A DNA stretch of 64,000 nt, from positions 480,001 through 544,000 of the forward strand of contig CAWIPH010000001.1 in the NCBI GenBank assembly GCA_963837955.1, given 5' to 3'. The DNA is from an uncultured Verrucomicrobiae bacterium. GTDB taxonomy: Bacteria; Verrucomicrobiota; Verrucomicrobiia; Chthoniobacterales; JAFAMB01. The translations under genes were made by a program, and so were the position numbers. Each line of letters opens with the position of its first letter. Position 1 is the first letter of the stretch. Below, piece by piece: positions 20,371 through 31,463 of this stretch. Below the pieces are notes generated by a model. It was given only the letters and a program-made list of their open reading frames with translations, searched no databases and was not told the origin of the DNA.

Positions 20371-20991
20371 TTATAAAAACGCCTTAATCGCGCGTGTTCT
20401 AGCGTTGATATCGGGTGCCAAAAGCAGGTCCGAGACGATGCAAAGCCTTTCACCTCCTGCGTTCGTGACTTTGGTAAAATTCGTCTCTGTGATGCCACCG
20501 ATGCAGAATACCGGTATTTTCACGCTGTTTCGAAGTTTCTTAAGGTCACGTAGACCGATGGCTGGAACGTCGGGTTTTGTCTGGGTGGGAAAAATCGGAC
20601 CGAAACCGATGTAGTTGGCGCCTTCGGCTTCAGCGGCAAGCGCTTGCTCAATGGTGTGAGTCGATTTCCCGACAATGACCGATCGACCGGCAAGCTCGCG
20701 GGCTTGGGCGATAGAAGAGTCGACCTGACCGACGTGACAGCCTTCGGCGTTTACCTCACGCAAGAGCTGTGGGTGATCGTTGATGATCAACGGGACATTG
20801 GCCTCCTGGGTGATTCGCAACATGGTTTCCGCTAATCGACGGACCAGGTCGAGCGGGCTATTCTTTGCCCGCAGTTGCAGAAGATCGATACCACCGCGGA
20901 CAAGCTTCTGTGTGACGTCAGAGACGGCATCCGGCTGGACGTATCCGAGATCAACGATGCCGTACAAGAAACAATGATCGAGGGTATTCAC
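20371..20991 (-). CDS. thiE: Thiamine-phosphate synthase
   Basis: LQLRAK, IINDH, HVGQ, GKSTH, GPIFPTQTK, IGGI. Confidence 0.95.
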   Translation of the reverse strand: MNTLDHCFLYGIVDLGYVQPDAVSDVTQKLVRGGIDLLQLRAKNSPLDLVRRLAETMLRITQEANVPLIINDHPQLLREVNAEGCHVGQVDSSIAQARELAGRSVIVGKSTHTIEQALAAEAEGANYIGFGPIFPTQTKPDVPAIGLRDLKKLRNSVKIPVFCIGGITETNFTKVTNAGGERLCIVSDLLLAPDINARTRAIKAFL

Positions 20992-20997
20992 AGAGAT

Positions 20998-22362
20998 TTA
21001 TCGCTTCATCTCAAGATGCTTCATTCCAATGATTTTTTCGACAAAGCCGGTATCGAAATCTCCCCGCAGGAAATCTGCGTTCTCCATAATCTTTGCTTGA
21101 AACGGAATCGTCGTCTTGATCCCGGTGATGAGGTATTCGCTAAGTGCTCGAGCCATCCGGCGGATCGCGCCAGTCCGGGTTGAACTCACGCAGATCAGCT
21201 TCGAAATCATGGAATCATAATAGGGAGGAATAGTATACCCGGAATAGATGTGCGAATCGATCCGGACTCCCCGTCCCCCTGGCGCGTAATAGAGTTCGAT
21301 TGTCCCGGGGGAGGGTTGAAAATTTGCATCAGGATCTTCTGCGTTGATTCGGCATTCGATCGCGTGACTTCGCGGTTGTGCATTCACGATATGTTCAGAC
21401 AGCGGTTCTCCGGCAGCGATTCTGATCTGTTCACGGACGAGGTCGCATCCATACGCCTCTTCCGTCACGGGGTGTTCGACCTGAATTCGCGTGTTCATTT
21501 CCAAGAAGTAGAAACTACCGGCTCGATCGACCAGATATTCCATAGTACCCGCGTTCTCGTAACCAACAGCCGCAGCGAGTTTCACGGAGCAATCGCCCAT
21601 TCTTTCTCGAAGATCGGCGTCAAGCAAAGGCGACGGGCATTCCTCGACAATCTTTTGGTTACGCCGCTGGATCGAACAATCCCGTTCTCCGAGATGGACT
21701 ATCCGACCGTGGCTGTCCCCCATAACTTGGAATTCAATGTGGTGAGGCCGCTCAATGAGTTTTTCAATGTAGACGGTGCTATTGCCGAACGCTTTCTCCG
21801 CCTCCGTCCGGGCAGCGTGGAAGCCCTGGATCAAGCTGCCGTCGTTGTGGGCCGGCCGCATTCCGCGACCGCCACCGCCCGCAACAGCTTTGATCATCAC
21901 GGGGTAACCGATTTTTTTCGCGATCTTTAGAGCTTGTTGCTCCGTTTCTATGACACCGTCGCTGCCCGGTGTAACCGGCACACCTGCTTTTCGGGCCTGT
22001 TCCCGAGCGGAGTTCTTGTCTCCCATAGCTCGGATGGCCCGGGCCGAAGGACCAATGAACTTGATATTGCAGCTGTTGCAGACGTCGGCAAAATGCGAAT
22101 TCTCAGCCAGAAAACCGTACCCCGGATGAATGGCGTCAACATCGGTAATTTCGGCGGCGCTAATTATGCGGTCGATCTTCAGATAACTTTCAGAGCTGGG
22201 TGCCTGTCCGACACAAACCGCCTCATCCGCGAGTTGGACATGCAAAGAATCGACGTCCGCCTCGGAGTAAATGGCAACCGTAGCAATCCCAAGTTCCTTA
22301 CAAGCCCGAATAATCCGCAATGCGATTTCGCCGCGATTAGCGATCAGAATTTTGTTGAACAC
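20998..22362 (-). CDS. accC: Acetyl-CoA carboxylase, biotin carboxylase subunit
   Basis: [38 protein letters not shown]. Confidence 0.98.
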   Translation of the reverse strand: MFNKILIANRGEIALRIIRACKELGIATVAIYSEADVDSLHVQLADEAVCVGQAPSSESYLKIDRIISAAEITDVDAIHPGYGFLAENSHFADVCNSCNIKFIGPSARAIRAMGDKNSAREQARKAGVPVTPGSDGVIETEQQALKIAKKIGYPVMIKAVAGGGGRGMRPAHNDGSLIQGFHAARTEAEKAFGNSTVYIEKLIERPHHIEFQVMGDSHGRIVHLGERDCSIQRRNQKIVEECPSPLLDADLRERMGDCSVKLAAAVGYENAGTMEYLVDRAGSFYFLEMNTRIQVEHPVTEEAYGCDLVREQIRIAAGEPLSEHIVNAQPRSHAIECRINAEDPDANFQPSPGTIELYYAPGGRGVRIDSHIYSGYTIPPYYDSMISKLICVSSTRTGAIRRMARALSEYLITGIKTTIPFQAKIMENADFLRGDFDTGFVEKIIGMKHLEMKR

Positions 22363-22363
22363 G

Positions 22364-22840
22364 CTACTTCACTCGGAAAAGTGGTTGGCCGAACTGGACC
22401 GGAGTGCCGTTTTCTACCAACACTTCTACAATGATACCGCGCACTTCCGCCTTGATCTCGTTCATCACTTTCATGGCCTCGATGATACATACTACTGATT
22501 CTTCATTGATCTCTTGACCCGGCTGAACGTAGGGAGCCGAATCCGGCGAAGAAGCTCGATAAAACGTGCCAACCATCGGCGAGACAATCTCTTTAAGCTT
22601 CGATTTTTCTTCCCCGACCGCGCTTGATCCTGTGACATTTGCCGGAACGGACGCCATCGCGGTCGGCGGAATGGCCGCTGAGATGACGGGAGCTACCGGA
22701 CGATGCGCTTCTAGTTCAAGCTTGAATCCCTCGCGTTCCAGCTTGAAAACTGCGAGGTCGTTTTTTTTCATTAAGTCGATGATCGCTCTGATGTCGTCCA
22801 GATCCAAAGTGGGGTTCTCCTCGTTTCGATGGAGCGTCAT
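22364..22840 (-). CDS. accB: Acetyl-CoA carboxylase, biotin carboxyl carrier protein
   Basis: [18 protein letters not shown] biotinylation motif. Confidence 0.97.
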   Translation of the reverse strand: MTLHRNEENPTLDLDDIRAIIDLMKKNDLAVFKLEREGFKLELEAHRPVAPVISAAIPPTAMASVPANVTGSSAVGEEKSKLKEIVSPMVGTFYRASSPDSAPYVQPGQEINEESVVCIIEAMKVMNEIKAEVRGIIVEVLVENGTPVQFGQPLFRVK

Positions 22841-22899
22841 GTTAGGCTGCGGTCGAGAGATCGCGCAAGTGAGTTTCTTTACGCCATTTAGGGGGGACA

Positions 22900-23135
22900 G
22901 TAGCCTGATCCTCCTGGCTCAGGGGTACAGCGAGTGAGAGGTGAGAAGTGACTGGTGAATGGTGGGCGATCTCTGCCGTCGATTCGTCGATAAGCGTCCA
23001 CCACCCTCTCATTAATCACTAGTCATCGGTATGCTCCCTGAGGGCTGGACGGTTTTCCGGGGTTGAAACCTCGGCTGTGCGCCCTCCCCCTCCGGGCAGA
23101 AGCCAGGCATCGGCCTTATGTTGACGCGCATGCGC
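22900..23135. repeat. Composite repeat: GTAG REP + heptamer tracts + 'empty' host repeat (GGGGTTGAAACC...TTATGTTGACGCGCATGCG)
   Basis: 22900-22924 matches 11409-11433; 23030-23135 shares its tail with 8220-8261, 32126-32170, 37382-37433 and 52086-52131. Confidence 0.75.
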
Positions 23136-23155
23136 CGCCGCGGGACCGGTACTGA

Positions 23156-23773
23156 ATGGATGATCACCACCAGTCGTTGAGCAAATTGGTCGAGGCGCTG
23201 CGTGGCTGCCACCGTTGCCCGCAGATGCAGTTTTCTCCTGTCAGCGGTGGACCGGTCTCCAGTCGAGTTATTTTAGTGGGGCAAGCTCCCGGATTTCGAG
23301 AACCGCAGGTGGGTCGACCTTTCGCTTGGACCGCTGGGAAGACATTATTCAAATGGTTTTCTGAAGTAGCTGACGTGGATGAGACCAACTTTAGGGCAAC
23401 TGTCTATATGGCTGCGGTGTGTCGTTGTTTTCCCGGTAAAACGGCAGCTGGCGACCGAGTTCCCTCCAGAGTGGAAATCGAAAACTGCTCTTCTTGGTTA
23501 GACGCCGAGATCAGCCTGCTCTCTCCCGGACTCGTGATCCCAGTGGGGAAACTGGCTATCGCCCAATTTATTCAACCAGTCTCCGCTCTCACCGAGATAA
23601 TCGGTCAAATGCGGCTGGTCGAGCGGGCGGGAAAACGTTTCGATGTTGTCCCATTACCACATCCGTCCGGTGCTTCTCCATGGCACCGTATTGAACCGGG
23701 GAAATCGCTCACCCGACGGGCGCTCGAGTTGATCCGGGACCATCCAGCATGGAAAAACCGGATTGCACGGTAG
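23156..23773 (+). CDS. Uracil-DNA glycosylase superfamily protein
   Basis: CHRC, GQAPG, PFAWTAG, CRCFP, PLPHPSG. Confidence 0.9.
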   Translation: MDDHHQSLSKLVEALRGCHRCPQMQFSPVSGGPVSSRVILVGQAPGFREPQVGRPFAWTAGKTLFKWFSEVADVDETNFRATVYMAAVCRCFPGKTAAGDRVPSRVEIENCSSWLDAEISLLSPGLVIPVGKLAIAQFIQPVSALTEIIGQMRLVERAGKRFDVVPLPHPSGASPWHRIEPGKSLTRRALELIRDHPAWKNRIAR

Positions 23774-23789
23774 CAACACGAGGAAGCTG

Positions 23790-23966
23790 GGCAAAGCGGA
23801 GTATGGGTGGCAGCGATGTTCGTTTCATCACACGATCCGCTCTTTCGAAAGCGCTGAAGAGAAGGCCGCGTACATCTTACAGAATCCCGTTCGACGGGGG
23901 TTGGTCAAGAGAGCAGGGGATTGGCCATTCCGCGGCGAGATCTTTAGGGCCGAACGCTGGTGGTGA
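23790..23966 (+). pseudogene. C-terminal remnant of a REP-associated tyrosine transposase (RAYT / Y1_Tnp)
   Basis: WQRCSFHHTIRS..SAEEKAAYILQNPVRRGLV...DWPF resembles the RAYT C-terminus; no HUH N-terminal part seen. Confidence 0.75.
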
Positions 23967-23974
23967 GACGAGCC

Positions 23975-23999
23975 GGACCGGCGGGAGCCGGTCCCTACC
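23975..23999 (-). repeat. GTAG REP next to the RAYT remnant
   Basis: Reverse strand GGTAG-GGACCGGC-TCCC-GCCGGTCC hairpin. Confidence 0.8.
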
Positions 24000-24039
24000 A
24001 GCAAAGATCTGCTTGCTTTCTTTGCAGCCCAGCGAAGGA

Positions 24040-24822
24040 ATGCACATGCACGATCTGTACGTTGAACCGCGGCTGCGGCCCATCGAGAGGGGCGCTCTGG
24101 TCGGCCGGATCGCTCTGGTTACTGGTGCTTCCCGAGGTATTGGGGCGGTTACAGCCCGGGTCTTAGCTCAAGCTGGGGCAGAGGTCATTTTGAATTACCG
24201 GAGCAAAGGATCTCGTGCCGAAAAGGTTGCCGCGGAGATCGTGACTGCCGGAGGGAAGGCTTCGGCGATTCAATGCGACATCACCGTTTCGCGTGAAGTC
24301 GACGCCATGTTGGAACAAATACGGCAAGAATTTGGTTCTTTGAACTTTCTGATCCTCAATGCAAGCGGGGGTCTGGAGAAGGACAAGGGCGAGGATTATT
24401 CCCTGCTTCTCAATCGCACGGCGCAAATTGATCTCCTTAAAAAAAGCGTGCCTCTATTGAAGCCGCATGGACGGACGGTTTTCGTTACTAGCCATCTGGC
24501 TCATTTTTACGGGAAGAAACCGGTCTACCCCGGCTACGAACCGGTGGCGATCGGCAAACAGGCGGGGGAGAAAGCACTTCGGGCAATGATCCCGCAGCTC
24601 GCCGACAACGAGATCTCGCTCATCATCGTGAGCGGGGACATGATCGAAGGCACAATTACCCCAAAGTTGTTGAACCGGACCAATCGGGGGTTAATCGAAT
24701 TTCGCCGCGAACAAGCTGGACGACTTCCGACGGTCGAAGAGTTCGGCCGGGCGATCGCCGAAGCTGCCGCAGACCCTGATCTCCGATCCGGCGCGACTGT
24801 GTACGTCGGCGGTACGGACTGA
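24040..24822 (+). CDS. SDR family oxidoreductase
   Basis: VTGASRGIG, CDIT, LNASGG, YxxVAxGK. Confidence 0.9.
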   Translation: MHMHDLYVEPRLRPIERGALVGRIALVTGASRGIGAVTARVLAQAGAEVILNYRSKGSRAEKVAAEIVTAGGKASAIQCDITVSREVDAMLEQIRQEFGSLNFLILNASGGLEKDKGEDYSLLLNRTAQIDLLKKSVPLLKPHGRTVFVTSHLAHFYGKKPVYPGYEPVAIGKQAGEKALRAMIPQLADNEISLIIVSGDMIEGTITPKLLNRTNRGLIEFRREQAGRLPTVEEFGRAIAEAAADPDLRSGATVYVGGTD

Positions 24823-25227
24823 GAAAAGAAGCTCACGCCAAGACGCCAGGGAGAGAACAAAAAACTCACGCAAAGACGCGAAGACGCAAAGGAAAACAGG
24901 TTAAGAAAACCTCACGCAAAGACGCCAAGGCGCAAAGGGAGAGAAAGTACAGGATAGGCGTCGGTTCGCAGATTATAGGTAGGGCGAAAGCCTGATTCCG
25001 TCTAAGCGGGATCGGCTTGAGCCGTTGGTGTTTTTACCCAAAGGCCCGTTATCACGAACTCGCGAATCTCTTGTATCTTTCCTTCTTTGCGCCTTGGCGT
25101 CTTTGCGTGAGGTTTTCTTAGCCTGTTTCCCTTTGCGTCTTGGCGTCTTTGCGTGAGATCTGTTCTCTTCTTGTGCGTCTTCGTGTCTTTGCGTGAGTCT
25201 TTTGTTCTCTTTACGTCTTGGCGTGAG
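24823..25227. repeat. MITE-like palindromic element, copy A
   Basis: Arms made of CTCACGCAAAGACGC units (24832, 24865, 24911) and their inverses (25097-25227) around a ~135-bp core. Confidence 0.85.
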
Positions 25228-26101
25228 ATCGGTCTTCTTCGCTCAGGATTTTCCAGGTTGTCCTAACTGCCAGGCTGGTCGCTCGCACATTGTGGACGCG
25301 GAAAATGGAGGCGTTACTTTGCATGCCGGCGACGACGCATGCGATCGTACCGGCATCGCGATCTCTCGGATCTGGAAGCTCCAGCACTTCGCCGATCAAG
25401 GTCTTGCGCGAAACGGGGAGGAGGATAGGTCGCTCGAATTGGCCTAGTCGTCGCAGTTCGCGCAGAATCCTCAAATTGTCGCCTCGTTGCTTAGCAAAAT
25501 CGAGTCCGGGATCGATCACGATGGCTTCGCGGGCTAAGCCCGCTTTCTCAGCCAATGCCAGTTTGTCTGCAAAAAACTGTTCTAAGGTTCGCATGATGTC
25601 CGCGTACTGAACATTGGTATGCTTCTGCTTCGGCAAACCGATCGAATGCATGATCAGAAGCGCGACGCTATGACGCATGGCAATGCGGGCGTTCTCGTCG
25701 GTTGAGAGCGCGCTCATATCATTCAATAAATCTCCGCCCAAATTCAGCAGCGTGTCGGCAACTCGGGAACGCCAAGTATTCACGGAGAGAAGAGGCGGGA
25801 AAATCTGAGCCTCATCGATCGGATTCAACCCCTGATAGGATTCGGGGAACCGAACGATGAATGGAGCTACGCGATCGATTTCTTCCTGTTCGCTGATTTC
25901 CAGCCGATTCGTACGAGCGCTCTCGCCACCCACATCAATCAAGTCGGCTCCTTCGCTAACGAGCTCGCGCGCATGAAGGATTGCCTCGCTTATGTTCAGG
26001 GTGCCGTCTCCGGAAAACGAGTCATCGTTCAGATTCACAATGCCCATCACCAAAGGCCGGCGCGGGAACGCAATCTGTTTTTGTTTAGCTCGTAGAATCA
26101 T
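25211..26101 (-). CDS. folP: Dihydropteroate synthase
   Basis: VMGIVNLNDDSFSGDG, IDVGGESAR, IDPGLDFAK, VSRK, RVHNV. Confidence 0.95.
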   Translation of the reverse strand: MILRAKQKQIAFPRRPLVMGIVNLNDDSFSGDGTLNISEAILHARELVSEGADLIDVGGESARTNRLEISEQEEIDRVAPFIVRFPESYQGLNPIDEAQIFPPLLSVNTWRSRVADTLLNLGGDLLNDMSALSTDENARIAMRHSVALLIMHSIGLPKQKHTNVQYADIMRTLEQFFADKLALAEKAGLAREAIVIDPGLDFAKQRGDNLRILRELRRLGQFERPILLPVSRKTLIGEVLELPDPRDRDAGTIACVVAGMQSNASIFRVHNVRATSLAVRTTWKILSEEDRSHAKT

Positions 26102-26118
26102 CGGGAGGAGAGGAAAAA

Positions 26119-26396
26119 CTCACGCTAAGACGCGAAGAAAACAGGATACAGAAAAGTCTCACGCAAAGACGCGAAGACGCAAAGGAAGAGATACGAGAGA
26201 TACGAGAGATTCGCGAGTTCGTGATAACAGGCCTTTGGGTAAAACACCAACGGCTCAAACCGATCCCGCTCAGACGGAATCAGGCTTTCGCCCTACCTAT
26301 AATCTGCGAACCGACGCCTATCCTGTACCTTCCTCTCCCTTTGCGTCTTTGCGTCTTTGCGTGAGATCTCTCCTCTTCTTGTGCGTCTTTGCGTGG
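26119..26396. repeat. MITE-like palindromic element, copy B (inverted relative to copy A)
   Basis: Core 26206-26330 is the near-exact reverse complement of 24945-25072; same arm units. Confidence 0.85.
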
Positions 26397-26405
26397 GCGT
26401 GACCG

Positions 26406-27206
26406 CTAAAGCGATACTTCGAACCGTTGACGCTGCTCGAATCTCACGACGGAGCGGTATCCAACTTCTGTCGCGAGTTTGCGCGCGAGAGCGAATCCTT
26501 CCGTGAGCTCCGCTGGAGAATGCGCGTCGGAATTGATTACGATTGGGACACCGGCTTGGGCGCCAAGCTCGAGAAATTCCGGAGCCGGGTACATTTCGTT
26601 TACGGGTTTGCGCAATCCGGCGGTGTTGATTTCGAATGCGATGCCATGTTTCTGGAGAGCTCTGATGGCCGGTTCGTAATAGCGGCGCAAGTCTCCGGAA
26701 GGGCGGTGACCAAACTTCTTTGGCAGATCTGGATGCGCGACAAAGTCAAACAATTCAGACTCGATGCATCGAATGTAGTTCTGCCAATACAGATCCCAAA
26801 TTTCTTCGACGGGCTGACTTTCGAAACGGGAAATATGCTTCGGGTTATCGACGTCCCAACCGGGACTGATATAATGAACGCTACCGATCAGGTAGTCCCA
26901 CTTTGTCTCATTCGCGAGCTTTTCGATCCACCACTCGAATCCCGAAAGATAGTCGCATTCGAGTCCGAGCCGGACAGGAACTCCTGACGATCGAACTTCA
27001 TCGACGAACTCGAAATATTTCGGCAGCTCCGAAAAGTCCATGCGCCAATCGTCGAACTTTTCGGGCATCGGGTTGTGATCAGCAAATCCAAGTTCCGATA
27101 AACCGGCCTGGATTGCGGCTGCTGCGAATTCCGCCGGTGTGCCGACAGCGTGATGGCACAGCGGAGTGTGTACATGGTAGTCGGTCACGACAGTGTTTCT
27201 ACTCAT
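26406..27206 (-). CDS. Histidinol-phosphatase, HisJ/PHP family
   Basis: DYHVHT, ADH, GLECD, IGSVH, HPDLPK, EINT, NSDAH. Confidence 0.9.
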   Translation of the reverse strand: MSRNTVVTDYHVHTPLCHHAVGTPAEFAAAAIQAGLSELGFADHNPMPEKFDDWRMDFSELPKYFEFVDEVRSSGVPVRLGLECDYLSGFEWWIEKLANETKWDYLIGSVHYISPGWDVDNPKHISRFESQPVEEIWDLYWQNYIRCIESELFDFVAHPDLPKKFGHRPSGDLRRYYEPAIRALQKHGIAFEINTAGLRKPVNEMYPAPEFLELGAQAGVPIVINSDAHSPAELTEGFALARKLATEVGYRSVVRFEQRQRFEVSL

Positions 27207-27369
27207 TAGTAAGACCAAATGCGGCTTAAGGCTGGGAAAACCAGGATCGGAAAGGCCACAATTTTAACAAGTTCCCCCAGATTCAAAGATTTACTACTGC
27301 TGGTGAACTTGCGCAGGAGGCAAAATTGGATTGTCCGCGGATTTGATATTTTTTAGGCTTGGCGCTTGC

Positions 27370-27840
27370 ATGAAAAGATTTCCGCCGACGTTTTTGTTCT
27401 TGGCTCTCTTCCTGTTCGGTTGTGCGAATCCCCCCGGTTGGTCAGGCGGTGCCCGCAATATTGTATTGCTGATCTGCAAAATTAGCCCGGAACAACAAAA
27501 GGTGGCCGAGGCAAACATTCAGCATTATCAGGCGCGAAAACATCCCCCAACGACCAACCGCTACGTTGCGGTTGACACGCTGAGACCAAACAAAAAACAA
27601 ACTGAGACCTACGCCAAGAAAGTCGCTTCGGAAAAGCAGAAAGCCGACTGGAACAGGGAAAAGCTTTCTGATCGTTGGGTCGAGCCGGCCAAGCTAAAGT
27701 GTGTGATGGTGTTCGACACGGTCTCCAAAGAATTTGTCGGATCAGGATGTTACGTGGTTGGGGTGACATTGCAGCCTGGCGAGGTCGACACTTTCGAGAC
27801 ACACAGCGCCGAGTATATCGGGTCCGGAAAGTTCGAGTGA
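27370..27840 (+). CDS. Hypothetical lipoprotein
   Basis: Lipobox-like LFGC after a hydrophobic leader; similar to 53333..53797. Confidence 0.65.
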   Translation: MKRFPPTFLFLALFLFGCANPPGWSGGARNIVLLICKISPEQQKVAEANIQHYQARKHPPTTNRYVAVDTLRPNKKQTETYAKKVASEKQKADWNREKLSDRWVEPAKLKCVMVFDTVSKEFVGSGCYVVGVTLQPGEVDTFETHSAEYIGSGKFE

Positions 27841-28002
27841 TGAAAGTAGAAGCCCAGTACGAAGTGCTGGGAAATGATGCAACAAAGATGTCCGTCCCGC
27901 CAGGGACGATCGAAACGTTGGGCTCCTGTCTCTCTCGTAAGCAGTCGTCGATCGGCGCTTTTTCTGAATGCCAACCCAGCACTTCGTACTGGGCTACTTT
28001 CA
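27841..28002. repeat. REPIN-like inverted repeat
   Basis: TGAAAGTAG(AA)GCCCAGTACGAAGTGCTGGG at 27841 and CCCAGCACTTCGTACTGGGCTACTTTCA ending at 28002. Confidence 0.8.
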
Positions 28003-28123
28003 GTAGTCCCTTCCTCCTCCGCCCTCCTGGCTACGGTGGACAAGCCGGGACACTCCTCTTCGAGTATCTTTTCCGCTTGTAATCGACGGTATTCGCGTTC
28101 AACGGACAAGCTCCGGCTCATCA

Positions 28124-30715
28124 CTACGAGGCCACGAGGTTCACAATTCTATTCGGAACCACCACAACTTTGCGGACAGTTTTTCCGCTTAAGCTTTCTT
28201 GAACCTTTGCTGAAGCTCGCGCGAGCTTTTCCAAGCTTACGTCATCCAGATCTTTGGCCACGGTCATTTTACCGCGCAATTTCCCGTTCACCTGGATAAT
28301 CACTTCGACTTCGTCCTGTACCAGATACTCTTCGCTCCAGACAGGCCAGGGCTGCTCTGAGACTAGACCGTCGAAACCGGAGAAACGGGTACCCAACTGA
28401 TGCCAAATTTCTTCGGCGAGATGCGGAGCAAACGGGCTGAGCAGAATAAGCAACGTGCGAATGGCCTCCAACGGTCGCTGTTCAACGTTGGTAAACGCGT
28501 TTACGCAAATCATCATCTGCGATATTGCAGTATTAAACGCGAGCGCTTCGATGTCTTGCGTCACTTTCTTGATCGTGGCGTGCACTACTCTCCGTTGCTG
28601 CTGCGAGGGTTCGATCTCGGCGAGTAACGGCGAAGGGCGCCAATTGCCTTCCTGATTTTCCTCCATTGCTAGCCTCCAGACGCGCGCTAGAAATCGATAC
28701 ACTCCTTCGACTCCGCTCATGCTCCATGGCTTGGTAGCTTCGAGTGGACCCATGAACATTTCGTAAAGACGCAGAGAGTCGGCGCCATACTCGGCGATGA
28801 TTTCGTCTGGGGTTACGACATTGCCCCGGCTCTTCGACATTTTCTGATTATCCTGGCCGAGAATCATCCCCTGGTTTACCAACCGCTGAAAGGGCTCGAT
28901 GGTGGAAACGTGTCCGAGATCGTAGAGCACCTTGTGCCAGAAGCGAGCGTACAAAAGATGCAGCACGGCATGTTCGGTACCGCCGATGTATAAATCGACT
29001 CCGCCCGGTTTTCCTCCACCCATCCAATATTTTTCTGCCGCTTGATCAGTGAACCGGTCCTGGATGTGCGGTCCGATATAGCGGAGGTAGTACCAACAGG
29101 AGCCTGCCCATTGCGGCATCGTGTTCAGTTCGCGGACAGCACCGTCGGGAAGTTTCTTCCACTCGTCAGCTTTCGACAATGGCGGATCGATCGTTCCGGT
29201 CGGACGATAGTCTTGGAGCGGCGGTGGTACGACAGGTAGAGAGCTCTCATCCAGAGCTTCGTGGTGACCGCCTCGCCAGACGATGGGAAACGGCTCGCCC
29301 CAATAACGTTGGCGAGAAAACAACCAATCCCGCAACTTGTAGCTAATTGAGCGTTTGCCAGCGCCTTTTTCTTCCAGCCAATCAATAATTTTTTGCTTCG
29401 CGTCGGCCGTCGGAAGGCCGTTCAGAAAATCTGAGTTGATCGAAGTGCCTTCCCCGATGAAACAGCCTTCGACCGGCGTTAGTGGCTTAACGACCTCCCG
29501 GATTTCCAGCCCAAATTTTTGAGCAAACTCAAAATCTCGATCGTCATGGGCCGGCACAGCCATGATGGCGCCCGTTCCGTAGCCAGCCAATACGTAGTCT
29601 GCGATCCAGACAGGAAGCTTCTCACCGTTCACCGGGTTTTTTACGAATCCCCCGGTAAAAACTCCGGTCTTTTCTTTGGCCAAATCGGTCCGTTCAAGAT
29701 CCGATTTCGCGGCCACCTCCTGTTGATAAGCCTGAACAGCAGCCTTCTGCTCTTTCGACGTGAAAAGATCGACGAGGGGGTGTTCCGGCGAAAGCACAAT
29801 ATAGGTGGCACCGAACAGAGTGTCCGGCCGCGTGGTAAAGACCGTCACTTTCGCCTTCCGCCGAGGGATCGAAAAATAGACTTCCGCTCCCTCACTTCGG
29901 CCAATCCAATTGCGCTGCAGAGCCTTGATTGACTCCGGCCAGTCTAGTCCTTCCAGCTCGTCAATTAAACGATCCGCGTAGGCAGTGATCCGAAGCATCC
30001 ATTGACGCATCGGGCGACGGACGACAGGGAAACCGCCTCGCTCGCTCTTGCCGTCGATGACTTCCTCGTTGGCCAGCACTGTACCTAGTTCCGGACACCA
30101 GTTCACCGGTGCGTCAGATACGTAGGCAAGCCGATGTTCATCCAGGAACGCACGACGCTCCTCGACCGATTCGCCCGGGTGCGTCTCTTTTCGCTTTGCT
30201 TCCAGTTCTGCTATTGGTCTTGCCGCGCTCAGGTTTGGATCAAACCAGGAATTGTATAGCTGCAAGAAAATCCACTGAGTCCAACGGTAATATTCCGGAT
30301 CCGTTGTGTTAATCTCGCGTTGCCAGTCGTAACTAAAACCGATCTGCTGCAGCTGTTTTTTGAAACGGCTGACGTTTTGGACCGTCGCTACCGAAGGGTG
30401 TTGTCCGGTATTAATGGCAAACTGTTCGGCTGGCAGCCCAAAGGCATCCCACCCTATTGGATGGAGCACATTAAACCCTCGCATCCGTTTGTATCGGGCC
30501 AGAATGTCCGTTGCCGTGTAGCCTTCCGGGTGCCCGACATGAAGACCTTCCCCGCTGGGGTAGGGGAACATATCCATCACGAAAAATTTCGTTTTTTTCG
30601 GATCAAACGACAGGTCCCCCGGATTTGGCGCGTGGAAAGTTTGATGCTCTATCCAGTACCGCTGCCACTTCGGTTCAAATTCCGGAAATGGATATTGTTT
30701 TCGTCGGTCACTCAT
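28124..30715 (-). CDS. leuS: Leucine--tRNA ligase
   Basis: [37 protein letters not shown]. Confidence 0.98.
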   Translation of the reverse strand: MSDRRKQYPFPEFEPKWQRYWIEHQTFHAPNPGDLSFDPKKTKFFVMDMFPYPSGEGLHVGHPEGYTATDILARYKRMRGFNVLHPIGWDAFGLPAEQFAINTGQHPSVATVQNVSRFKKQLQQIGFSYDWQREINTTDPEYYRWTQWIFLQLYNSWFDPNLSAARPIAELEAKRKETHPGESVEERRAFLDEHRLAYVSDAPVNWCPELGTVLANEEVIDGKSERGGFPVVRRPMRQWMLRITAYADRLIDELEGLDWPESIKALQRNWIGRSEGAEVYFSIPRRKAKVTVFTTRPDTLFGATYIVLSPEHPLVDLFTSKEQKAAVQAYQQEVAAKSDLERTDLAKEKTGVFTGGFVKNPVNGEKLPVWIADYVLAGYGTGAIMAVPAHDDRDFEFAQKFGLEIREVVKPLTPVEGCFIGEGTSINSDFLNGLPTADAKQKIIDWLEEKGAGKRSISYKLRDWLFSRQRYWGEPFPIVWRGGHHEALDESSLPVVPPPLQDYRPTGTIDPPLSKADEWKKLPDGAVRELNTMPQWAGSCWYYLRYIGPHIQDRFTDQAAEKYWMGGGKPGGVDLYIGGTEHAVLHLLYARFWHKVLYDLGHVSTIEPFQRLVNQGMILGQDNQKMSKSRGNVVTPDEIIAEYGADSLRLYEMFMGPLEATKPWSMSGVEGVYRFLARVWRLAMEENQEGNWRPSPLLAEIEPSQQQRRVVHATIKKVTQDIEALAFNTAISQMMICVNAFTNVEQRPLEAIRTLLILLSPFAPHLAEEIWHQLGTRFSGFDGLVSEQPWPVWSEEYLVQDEVEVIIQVNGKLRGKMTVAKDLDDVSLEKLARASAKVQESLSGKTVRKVVVVPNRIVNLVAS

Positions 30716-30761
30716 TGTTTTGTGGCTCGGGGCGGAGCAACCTTGGGGTGCTCTCTTCACG

Positions 30762-31349
30762 ATGCAAACACTTTTCATCGCGACCAGGAATCGACACAAG
30801 ACCCAGGAGATCGGTCAAATGTTGGGATCGAACTGGAACGTTCGCGATCTCACCTCGCTTCCGCATGCCCCGATTGTTGAGGAAACTGGAGACTCGTTCG
30901 AAGCAAATGCTCGACTGAAAGCGGTTACAATTTCCAAAGAGGTTGTGGGTCTGGTGTTAGCCGACGATTCTGGTTTGGTAGTGGACGCGTTAAACGGTGC
31001 ACCTGGGGTTCGATCCCAGCGGTTTGCAGGCCCAGAGGCTTCGGATGGGGACAATCGATTCAAGTTGCTCAATTTACTGCGAAACTTTCCAGCTGGCACG
31101 CAATTCCAGGCCCGATTTAGCTGTGCGATGGTATTAGCGAGCCAGGGCGAATTGCTTGGTTCATTTCAGGGCGCAGTCGAAGGCGAGGTTATACCTGCGG
31201 AACGTGGCTATGGGGGATTTGGGTACGACCCGTTGTTCATTCCGAAAGGTTACCGGCAGACATTTGGTGAACTCCCGCCGGAGATCAAAAACAGCCTGAG
31301 CCATCGCGCCCGTGCACTCGCGCAGGTGTTGGAGTTCCTGCGGAGCTAG
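30762..31349 (+). CDS. rdgB: Non-canonical purine NTP pyrophosphatase (RdgB/HAM1)
   Basis: ATRNRHK, ADDSGL, GFGYDP, KNSLSHR. Confidence 0.95.
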   Translation: MQTLFIATRNRHKTQEIGQMLGSNWNVRDLTSLPHAPIVEETGDSFEANARLKAVTISKEVVGLVLADDSGLVVDALNGAPGVRSQRFAGPEASDGDNRFKLLNLLRNFPAGTQFQARFSCAMVLASQGELLGSFQGAVEGEVIPAERGYGGFGYDPLFIPKGYRQTFGELPPEIKNSLSHRARALAQVLEFLRS

Positions 31350-31463
31350 CCGTCCGGTGTCGCCAATGGACTGCCTCGCCATACCGGCCTCGCGTTAATA
31401 CGCTGCTTTCGGAAGCAGCTACGGTTTGCCACCGATATCTGCTAGATTTCCGAGCTCTGATCC

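Noticed and set aside
23749..24039. N-terminal extension of the SDR ORF
   Set aside because: Out-of-frame read-through across the RAYT remnant and REP; SDR similarity begins after 24040
24823..25227. CTCACGCAAAGACGC repeats as a CRISPR array
   Set aside because: Repeats are short, degenerate and arranged as inverted arms
25992..26402. 136-aa ORF with HAKTRR repeats
   Set aside because: Translation of the repeat element and the antisense strand of folP
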